NCBI GenBank assembly: GCA_965246715.1
Contig: CBDFFH010000001.1
Location: 1 to 32,228, forward strand
DNA length: 32,228 bases
Origin: Chamaesiphon sp.
GTDB lineage: Bacteria > Cyanobacteriota > Cyanobacteriia > Cyanobacteriales > Chamaesiphonaceae
Reading direction: 5' to 3'
Below the pieces are notes generated by a model. That model did not search any database and had not been told where the DNA came from. It saw only the letters and a list, made by a program, of their open reading frames with translations. Position 1 is the first letter of the stretch. Every line of letters starts with the position of its first letter. The position numbers and the translations under genes were made by a program. This document shows, piece after piece, positions 21,328 to 29,031 of the stretch.

Positions 21328-22362
21328 ATGTCTGTACAACTAGAAGATAGCAAACGTACTGCGATCGCTACTAAGCTCGCGGATATGAAAGCCTTCCAAA
21401 ATCTACTCATTGCGAATGAGGAAGCGTTAATTAAACAATGTCCCGATCGGGAGATTACCAATCGGTTAGAAGATTTCTTACGCGACGATCGCAAGAACTT
21501 AGGTATTCTCGATACTGTCATCGTTCAGTATGGAATCAAAGCCGAACCCAAAGAGACTACCCAAAAAGCGGTCGAAGAAATTGGCAAAATGATGCAAGGT
21601 TCGGAGCTAACTTTGTATGAGAAAGTCGCTCAACACGAGCTGCTCAAGCACGGTCAAACCATGTCTGGCATCATCGTCCACAAAGCCGCTCAAGTCGTCG
21701 GTGCAGATGTTGAAGTTGCGATCGGCCCGCTCAATGCCGTTAACTTTGAAAACCGCGCTCACCAAGAGCAACTCAAAGGCATGATGGAATCCTTGGGCAC
21801 GATGGAACTCACTGGTAAAGCAGCCGACCAAGGACTCTGGGCGCGCGTCCAAGATGGGATTGCCGCTTTAACAGGAATCGCTGGTAGCGTTGCCAGTCGT
21901 ACCGACGACGAGATGAAGATCGGCGATCTGATCCGGTTAGATCATACCAAAGTCACTACTCTCTTCACTCAAATTAAAGCGACTGACGAGCCTGCTAAGA
22001 TCCAAGAGTACTTCGCACAAATCTACAAAGACTTGTCCGCACACTCTGAAGCTGAAGAGCAAGTGCTCTATCCAGCATTGCGTCCTTATTACAGCGATAC
22101 GCAAGAGTTGTATGACGAGCAAGCAGAAATGAAGCAAGTGCTCGATCGCATCAAAGCGATGAATCCTCAAGATACCGTCTCCTTCAAAGCTGCGGTAGAC
22201 CAGTTGATGAACGCTGTGATGGAGCACGTTCGTCAGGAAGAAAATGAAGCGCTCCGTTGTATCAAAGACAACTTTGGCGACGACCAACAAAAACAAATGG
22301 CGACCCAGTTTAAAACTGCTAAAAGCCAAGCTCAAGACAAGATGCTAGCTGAGTCTAAATAA
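21328..22362 (+). CDS. Ferritin-like plus hemerythrin/HHE domain protein
   Basis: HELLKH and ENRAHQEQ; C-terminal DH...HSEAEEQVLYP...HVRQEE. Confidence 0.85.
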   Translation: MSVQLEDSKRTAIATKLADMKAFQNLLIANEEALIKQCPDREITNRLEDFLRDDRKNLGILDTVIVQYGIKAEPKETTQKAVEEIGKMMQGSELTLYEKVAQHELLKHGQTMSGIIVHKAAQVVGADVEVAIGPLNAVNFENRAHQEQLKGMMESLGTMELTGKAADQGLWARVQDGIAALTGIAGSVASRTDDEMKIGDLIRLDHTKVTTLFTQIKATDEPAKIQEYFAQIYKDLSAHSEAEEQVLYPALRPYYSDTQELYDEQAEMKQVLDRIKAMNPQDTVSFKAAVDQLMNAVMEHVRQEENEALRCIKDNFGDDQQKQMATQFKTAKSQAQDKMLAESK

Positions 22363-22372
22363 ATTTAGTTGA

Positions 22373-22399
22373 GACTTACGCCACCATTAGGCGTAAGTC
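22373..22399 (+). repeat. Intergenic hairpin GACTTACGCC-N7-GGCGTAAGTC
   Basis: Perfect 10-bp inverted repeat between co-oriented genes. Confidence 0.6.
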
Positions 22400-22435
22400 C
22401 GCTCCACTAATTCCGACATCCTAGGAGAAAAAATT

Positions 22436-23137
22436 ATGGGTTATGCCAACCGTCCGTTAGAAACAACAACCACAGAACGCCGCTACATTAACAACAATAC
22501 AGATTTTGGCGATCGCATCCATTGGGGTGCGATCCTGGCAGGGCTAGTCGTGACGATCAGCACAGAACTATTATTGAGTGCGCTGGGTAGCGCGATTGGA
22601 TTTACCACGATCGCTAATTCAGGTTCGCCGAGATCGGATGCTGGCGATGTGGCAACTGGTGTTGGTATTTGGTCGATCGTCAGCCTGTTTATCTCGCTAT
22701 TTATTGGCGGTTGGGTGACTTCCCGCGCTTGTCACTATATCAATCGTAGTACCGCTACCCTCAATGGCGCTATTTTGTGGGCAACCGCGCTCGCGCTGGG
22801 TGCTTGGTTGTTAGCTAGTGGCGTATCCGGTACATTTGGGATCGCGGCATCCAATGCTGGTGCCATTGCCAGCCAAGTTCAACAAGGTGGCGTACAAGTT
22901 CCTGGCGTTACGACAAATCAGGGAACTACTGGTACAGGCACAACAACTACTCCTAAAGTCAATCCCCCCACCGCTCAGCAGACCAGACAAATATCTGACA
23001 GCGGTGCGAAAGCCGGGTGGGGATTTACATTGGGTTCGCTGCTCGGATTAGCTGCGGCAACGCTTGGTGCTAGTGTTGGCGCGCGCAATCACCGCCCCTA
23101 TCAAGCAATGCCCTCAACAAGCGAAGGTCAGATTTAA
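22436..23137 (+). CDS. Conserved hypothetical membrane protein (about 4 TM)
   Basis: RIHWGAILAG, GIWSIVSLFISLFIGGW; AGGAG RBS upstream. Confidence 0.8.
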   Translation: MGYANRPLETTTTERRYINNNTDFGDRIHWGAILAGLVVTISTELLLSALGSAIGFTTIANSGSPRSDAGDVATGVGIWSIVSLFISLFIGGWVTSRACHYINRSTATLNGAILWATALALGAWLLASGVSGTFGIAASNAGAIASQVQQGGVQVPGVTTNQGTTGTGTTTTPKVNPPTAQQTRQISDSGAKAGWGFTLGSLLGLAAATLGASVGARNHRPYQAMPSTSEGQI

Positions 23138-23176
23138 CTTGTTAGTAGCTGCATAATGTCGATCGAAACCACCATT

Positions 23177-23232
23177 AACTTACCGGAGTTTTTTCAGATG
23201 CAACCCCTGCATTCTCACTCCGGTAAGTTTTT
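23177..23232 (+). terminator. Probable intrinsic terminator
   Basis: AACTTACCGGAGT...ACTCCGGTAAGTT followed by T run. Confidence 0.6.
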
Positions 23233-23377
23233 GGCTGGAGAAGTAGCGCTGGAAGTCTAATTACTGCCTAAATTAGCGATCGCCAAGTAATTCGTTGGTA
23301 ATTTAAACAGACCTTCCATTTAAGATCGATCGAGATTTATACCTCGATCTTGACATACTTCCAGGGTTGACGGTGGT

Positions 23378-23463
23378 TCCCCCAGAATTGCGGATGCATA
23401 TCTCGTTCCGAGAGGCTTCGCCAACGCGCGGAGGAAGCCTCAGCGCACGTTGCACCAAAGAAG
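23378..23463 (+). repeat. REP-like half (TCCCCCAGAATTG) followed by a CGGATGCA...TGCACCAAAGAAG mini-element
   Basis: Same junction as the minus-strand insert at 18431. Confidence 0.6.
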
Positions 23464-23563
23464 CCACTACATATAGTAATAAAAAGTAGGATGCTCCCGT
23501 TGCGATCGTTTACGGAACTAGGGGAATAATATGGAAAGCTAGATATTTATCGATCGACTAAAA

Positions 23564-23607
23564 GCTTTATCAAGCTGTGTCGAACGCTTTATCAAGCTGT
23601 GTTGAAC
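23564..23607. repeat. 22-bp tandem duplication (GCTTTATCAAGCTGTGTYGAAC)x2
   Basis: Read directly; one mismatch. Confidence 0.85.
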
Positions 23608-23633
23608 GATTGTATAGATAGATTTGAGGTTTA

Positions 23634-24206
23634 ATGAAAATTTTTTTATTGATTTCTATTTCTTGCCTGGGTTTGCTGACAGGCTGTAAAATAAAATCCG
23701 CTTCGGTTACAACAGACTTGGCTCCTCAGCAGCCAACAAAGAGTTTCCTGCAATTGTGCCAGCAGAAAGATTCCTTAGCCACACCGACAAAATTAACTAT
23801 AGACGTACTGCTTAATGAAGCTGGTACTAATGACTGTCAACAAGCCAATGTCAAGCTCGAAAGGATGACAGAGCTAGATCTTTATAAAAATAAGATTAGC
23901 GACCTTAGCCCCTTGTCGGGATTCACTAATTTGAATATCCTCGATCTCAGCATTAATGAAGTTAGTGATGTTTCACCACTATCCAAACTAGTTAAGCTGC
24001 AATACTTGAGCTTGAGCAATAATAAAGTTAGTGATGTTTCACCACTTTCTAAGTTAACCAACTTAACTTTTCTCGGCTTGAACAACAACAAGGTCAAGAC
24101 TATTAAGTCCCTTTCTACACTAGCTGGAATGACAGATATTACTGTCCTTGACAACGAGGGGATCGATCGTGTTTGTCCGCTGGAAGCACATGTCTGTAAT
24201 TTTTAA
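23634..24206 (+). CDS. Leucine-rich repeat (internalin-like) lipoprotein
   Basis: Lipobox LLTG-C; 22-aa LxxLxLxxNxxSDxSPL repeats; GAGG RBS. Confidence 0.88.
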   Translation: MKIFLLISISCLGLLTGCKIKSASVTTDLAPQQPTKSFLQLCQQKDSLATPTKLTIDVLLNEAGTNDCQQANVKLERMTELDLYKNKISDLSPLSGFTNLNILDLSINEVSDVSPLSKLVKLQYLSLSNNKVSDVSPLSKLTNLTFLGLNNNKVKTIKSLSTLAGMTDITVLDNEGIDRVCPLEAHVCNF

Positions 24207-24474
24207 ATCTGATGTTGCAATGCTTGTCTATTATTCCCGATCGCGACCTTCGATCGAGTCAATCGGGGAAGCAAGATACGTTTTTCTAACAATAAATATT
24301 GCATAATGTGGAGTCAGCAAACCAAATAAATTAGAGATAAAATTCTCGATCGAGAAACAACGGCAAGTTTTAACCAGAGTGTTGCTACCGTCTAGGACTC
24401 AATGAAATCGTGCAGAGATCGCAGTACAATCATACTTAGCGCTCGATGTCGATAGATAAATAATCAGTGGAGAT

Positions 24475-27333
24475 ATGTTCAAAATAAGAGATTTTTGGGT
24501 GATGTGGCGACGGTATCGATTTGGGATGTTGTTCTTTAGTGTCTGCTTGAGTGCGGTATTGACATCGCCGTTGACGGTGATGTCGCCGCAGCCAGCGGTT
24601 GCAGTTGCAGCAGAATCGATCGTTGGCAATAGTGAGATTGCCAAACAACCGCCAGCACAGCCTAACAAAACCCCGACAGTACCTACAAATAATCCAGTTG
24701 CTCCACCGATTACCTTAACGGATAAAGTCAAGAAGACCGTTCTAGACAATGGATTGACCATTTTAACCAAAGAAGTCCATAGCGCTCCGGTCGTCACCGT
24801 CCAAGTCTGGTACAAAATTGGCTCCCGCAATGAAGCTCCTGGCGTGAATGGCATCGCTCACCAATTAGAGCACATGTTATTTAAAGGCACCAAAGATCGT
24901 CCCGTACAGTTCGGACGGTTGTTTGCGGCATTAGGTAGTAGTTTTAATGCCTTTACCAGCTACGATCAAACCGCTTATTTTGGTACTGTTGAAAAGAATA
25001 AGCTCACTAGTTTATTGACATTAGAAGCCGATCGAATGCAGAATGCGACGATCGATACTGAGAAACTCACTGGTGAAAAGCGGGTCGTAATTTCTGAGTT
25101 GCAAGGGTATGAAAATAATCCCAGCTATCGCCTCAATCGCGCCGTTCAACGTGCGGCTTTTCCGAATAGTCCCTATGGTTTAATGGTCGGCGGAACGAAG
25201 GCGGATGTCGAGAAATTTACAACCGAACAGGTGCGGTCTTATTACGATGCCTATTACGCACCAAATAATGCCACTTTAGTCGTCGTTGGCGATTTCGATA
25301 CTGCCACATTGATGGCAAAAGTCAATCAGACTTTTGGCAAAGTACCGCGCCGCGAAGTAAAAGTCGCCAAACCGCCGACAGTCGCAGTCACGACTCCACC
25401 CAAGCGGCGACTGACACTCAAAGAACCAGGTAGTACGCAAATCGCGATCGAGATTTATCCTCTACCAGCAGCTAACGATCCCGATGTTCCCGCGATCGAT
25501 GTGATGAATTATGTCCTCACCGAAGGACGCAGCTCGCGGATGTATCAATCGATCGTCGAAACAGGCATCGCGACTAGTCTCGATGGTGGCGCGTCCAACC
25601 TCGCCGCAGGTGGTTGGTATGAAATTTCCTCTGTCGTTGAAGTCGGTAAATCTTTACCCAAATTAGAAGCTGCTGTCGATAAAGAAATCGAGTTACTCCA
25701 AGCAAAAGGAGCCGCCGCCGCCGAAATCGCGCGCTCTAAAGCTCAACTCAAATCTAGCTATTTGCTGAGTAACCGCTCGATCGACAATCAAGCCAGACAG
25801 TTAGGTAACGATCAGACTACCACAGGCGACTATCAATTTACCGATAAATACCTCGCGGGAGTCGAACGCGTCACAGCGGCTGATGTCCAACGCGTAGCCA
25901 AAAAATATCTTCAAGCTAAGCTCAAAACCGTCGGTTATTTCCAACCGACCCAAATTGCGGGCAAATCAGCCCCAGGCGACAGCGGCAAGCAAACATCCGA
26001 GAATTTTAGTCCCGGTGCCCCAGTAGATGCTGCGGAAGTCGCCAAATATCTCCCCCCACTAGATCCAGATACTACCAGCCAGAAGCAATCCTTGCCCCAA
26101 GAGGTGAAGCTCGCAAATGGGTTGCGGGTATTCTTACTCCCTGATGCGAGTACGCCCACAGTGACGATGAGTGGAAATATTCAAGCAGGTACAGAATATG
26201 ACAGTCTCGCCAAAGCTGGCGTGGCAAACCTGACAGCGGCAAACCTGATGAGTGGAACCAAGACAAAATCCGCACTCGATCTTGCCAAAACGTTAGAAAG
26301 TCGCGGTGCGGCATTAGCTTTTGGAGCCAGTCGCGAAGGTGTGAGTATCGGCGGTGGTGCTTTAGCGAAGGATCTACCCGTGCTGATGCAAACCCTAGCC
26401 GACGTGCTCCGAAATGCGAACTTCCCCCAACAGAAATTTGAACTCAGCCGCCAACGCGCACTCGTGGGATTGAAACTGGAACTAGATAGTCCCAATAGTG
26501 TGGCGCGTCGGAAATTCCAGCAGACGATTTATCCTAAAAATCATCCGTTTACGATTTTCCCCACTTCTGAGACTCTGAGCGGTTTGACTGCGGCAGATCT
26601 GAAAACCTTTTACGCTGGGCACTATTTACCGAGTAGCACCATCCTCGCGATCGTTGGTGACTTCAAAGTTGCTGATGTCAAAGCCTTGCTCGAACAGAAT
26701 TTGGGTAAATGGTCTACGACAGCTACCGCAGTCAAACTCGACTATCCCATCGCCCAACTACCCGAAAAACAGGTACTGGTAAATCCGCCGCTTCCAGGTA
26801 AAACGCAATCGATTACGTTGATGGGAAATAAAGCGATCGATCGTAAAGATCCACGCTACTATTCAGCCTTGGTACTAAATCAAATCCTCGGCGGCGATAC
26901 GCTCTCTAGCCGTCTCGGTACCGAAATCCGCGATCGTCAGGGTTTGACCTATGGCATCTATAGTAGCTTTGCTGCTGGCAAACGTCAGGGTACCTTTGTC
27001 ATCTCAATGCAAACCGCACCAGATGATGCCCAGAAAGCGATTCAAAGTACGACTGCCTTGCTAAAGGATCTCCAAGCTAAAGGTGTCACCGCCGCAGAAG
27101 TTGCCAACTCCAAGCGCAGCATCGCTAGTAACTATACTGTCGATCTTGCATCCCCTGACGAAATCGCCGGAGCGACACTCGGCAATGCCCTCTACGGCTT
27201 GAATCCTGACGAAATTATTGAATTTCCCAAGAAAATCAAAGCTGTGACATTAGAGCAAGTCAATCAAGTCGCGAAGGAATTAATATCACCCGATCGATTT
27301 GTCGTAATTACCGCAGGGCCACCTCAGAAATAA
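24475..27333 (+). CDS. M16 family (pitrilysin-like) zinc peptidase, secreted, fused active/inactive halves
   Basis: HQLEHMLFKGT (HXXEH), NAFTS and SRLGTEIRDRQGLTY; N-terminal signal-like segment. Confidence 0.93.
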   Translation: MFKIRDFWVMWRRYRFGMLFFSVCLSAVLTSPLTVMSPQPAVAVAAESIVGNSEIAKQPPAQPNKTPTVPTNNPVAPPITLTDKVKKTVLDNGLTILTKEVHSAPVVTVQVWYKIGSRNEAPGVNGIAHQLEHMLFKGTKDRPVQFGRLFAALGSSFNAFTSYDQTAYFGTVEKNKLTSLLTLEADRMQNATIDTEKLTGEKRVVISELQGYENNPSYRLNRAVQRAAFPNSPYGLMVGGTKADVEKFTTEQVRSYYDAYYAPNNATLVVVGDFDTATLMAKVNQTFGKVPRREVKVAKPPTVAVTTPPKRRLTLKEPGSTQIAIEIYPLPAANDPDVPAIDVMNYVLTEGRSSRMYQSIVETGIATSLDGGASNLAAGGWYEISSVVEVGKSLPKLEAAVDKEIELLQAKGAAAAEIARSKAQLKSSYLLSNRSIDNQARQLGNDQTTTGDYQFTDKYLAGVERVTAADVQRVAKKYLQAKLKTVGYFQPTQIAGKSAPGDSGKQTSENFSPGAPVDAAEVAKYLPPLDPDTTSQKQSLPQEVKLANGLRVFLLPDASTPTVTMSGNIQAGTEYDSLAKAGVANLTAANLMSGTKTKSALDLAKTLESRGAALAFGASREGVSIGGGALAKDLPVLMQTLADVLRNANFPQQKFELSRQRALVGLKLELDSPNSVARRKFQQTIYPKNHPFTIFPTSETLSGLTAADLKTFYAGHYLPSSTILAIVGDFKVADVKALLEQNLGKWSTTATAVKLDYPIAQLPEKQVLVNPPLPGKTQSITLMGNKAIDRKDPRYYSALVLNQILGGDTLSSRLGTEIRDRQGLTYGIYSSFAAGKRQGTFVISMQTAPDDAQKAIQSTTALLKDLQAKGVTAAEVANSKRSIASNYTVDLASPDEIAGATLGNALYGLNPDEIIEFPKKIKAVTLEQVNQVAKELISPDRFVVITAGPPQK

Positions 27334-27360
27334 TAGTTACAGCAATCTAATGTGATATCT

Positions 27361-27720
27361 GGCGTTGCTGGTTATGGGTACGATCGCCTAATTGAGAGGA
27401 TGTCTGAAAAGTGCCCCCTAACCCCCAATTCTGGGGGAACCGGATCGGAAAGTCCCCCAGAATTGGGGGATTTAGCGGCGCGCGCCGGACGGGTTTCCCG
27501 TCCAGAAAAGCGGCTCCCGCCCGTCGGGTTCCCCGACGCGAAAAGCGGATGCGCTCCGGTCGGGTTTCCCGACCATGGAAGCGCACCAAGCAGGGAGACA
27601 AGACAGCGCGATAAGACAGGGGGCGTTTAGGTCTTCGATCTTACTTTTCAGACACCCTCTGAGGCGATCGCTTCATGAATTGCCCCTACCCAAGTTTTCA
27701 TACTTCAATCCAGCAACGCC
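27361..27720. mobile_element. Outer MITE-like element with TIR GGCGTTGCTGG / CCAGCAACGCC
   Basis: 11-bp perfect TIRs extending imperfectly to ~23 bp; contains REP half CATGAATTGCCCCTAC. Confidence 0.7.
27396..27659. mobile_element. MITE with 17-bp TIR GAGGRTGTCTGAAAAGT and 3-bp TGA target duplication
   Basis: TGA at 27393-27395 and 27660-27662; TIRs differ at one base; contains a REP doublet and triple-nested 48-bp elements. Confidence 0.85.
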
Positions 27721-27763
27721 TAAAATCTATATTGGCAATGCCCATCTTGCAAAACCAAAGTCT

Positions 27764-27794
27764 AAAAAAGGCGCATTAGTAATGCGCCTTTTTT
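27764..27794. terminator. Bidirectional intrinsic terminator
   Basis: AAAAAAGGCGCATT-AGT-AATGCGCCTTTTTT between convergent genes. Confidence 0.85.
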
Positions 27795-27829
27795 ATAAGT
27801 TTGAGATACATGTGCCAGTCGGACGAGCT

Positions 27830-28481
27830 TTAGCATCGATCGAGTGCCGAATTCATACCTTCATTCAAAGTTTGCAATACCATCTGCATATTTCCCGCCA
27901 ATAGCTGCGGCACATTCAGCCATAAACCCACAAACTCGCGACTACAGAGGATACCCGATCGATCGGGTGTCATCTGTGACATACTTGCTATCTTCCAATA
28001 CAAACCAATCGACCTCGCGATCGAATGTCCGCCATACGATATACTCCTTCACTCCATTGCGTTGATAAGCACGCTTCTTGTCATGCAGATCGTAGGACGT
28101 AGTACTCGCCGAAATCTCCACCACCAACTCCGGCGCGCCGACGATATAACCCTCATCATCAATGCTGGCGTTACCAACGACCCGAAATAACACTATATCC
28201 GGTTGCGGTTCGTTCTCATTGTCTAGGCGCACGGTTGGCTCGACACCCAATTCTACAGTGGGGACAGCGGCTTGATAGGTACCCAGCCACGTAATCATAT
28301 TGCCATGAGGTTTGGCATGGGGCGTAAAGCGTAAGGGGGAAGCCACGTAGACGATTCCTTCAATAAGTTCGGCTTTTTTGACATCGGGGGCTGCCGCATA
28401 ACGGCGCTCAAACTCGGCACGATGCAAACGATCGCCATTTTCGAGCAATGGTAAAGTCGGTGAAAATTGTCTGGTAGTCAT
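27830..28481 (-). pseudogene. Uma2 family endonuclease with +1 frameshift near 27977
   Basis: AELIEGIVY, EPQPD, APELVVEI and GVKEYIVW; the tail QMTPDRSGILCSREFVGLWLNV...DRC* continues in another frame to 27830. Confidence 0.82.
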
Positions 28482-28550
28482 CGTTGTCGATCGGCTCTCA
28501 ACCCTTATACCTACAATATTTTTACATAAAATCTCTGTGGTTGTAGATCT

Positions 28551-28599
28551 AGGCGGTTGAAACCGCTACTAGGTAATCAAAACCCGCGTAGGCGGGTTA
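28551..28599. repeat. REP-like double hairpin
   Basis: GCGGTTGAAACCGC and AACCCGCGTAGGCGGGTT. Confidence 0.6.
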
Positions 28600-28613
28600 A
28601 GTACTCTTTTTTA

Positions 28614-28745
28614 GAGGATGTCTGAAAAGATTTTTTGTACTCGATCGTAGATCTGAATCCCCTAAGTCCCCCTTTTTTAGGGGGACTTTGACTGGATCTG
28701 AGCAAGCTTTTTAAGGGGGTTGGGGGATTTAGATCTAGAAACGAA
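28614..28745. mobile_element. Partial MITE (left TIR GAGGATGTCTGAAAAG) with an uninterrupted REP-like core
   Basis: Preceded by TTA; CCCCTAAGTCCCCCTTTTTTAGGGGGACTTT...GGGGGTTGGGGGATT; right TIR not found. Confidence 0.7.
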
Positions 28746-29031
28746 GCTTACGTAAATCTACGCAAGTAAATATACGCAAATAACCATGCCAAATTTATTT
28801 CAATTTTCTTGTGGTAATTCGTTAAATCTGTAGGTGAGTGTGGGAATACTATCACCAGAGCAATATATTTGAATCTCTACATCTATTAACTATATTCCAT
28901 CACCTGAGATTCGATCGATCGTTAGCAAGATATCTATAGTAAATAACCGTTCGATCGCTCCAACAGATTCGATCGCCCATTTTAGCAAGCTTTAAATCCC
29001 GATCTCTCAACACAATCTTGACATCAATACT

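Noticed and set aside
27476..27619. Mini CRISPR array (recurring GTCGGGTTTCCCGAC hairpins at ~35-bp spacing)
   Set aside because: Repeats are not identical, there are no unique spacers or cas genes, and nesting explains the periodicity
27347..27904. Several GC-rich ORFs (27347-27601, 27352-27630, 27411-27614, 27575-27904)
   Set aside because: They lie over nested repeats; open frames are explained by GC-rich palindromes and show no protein motifs
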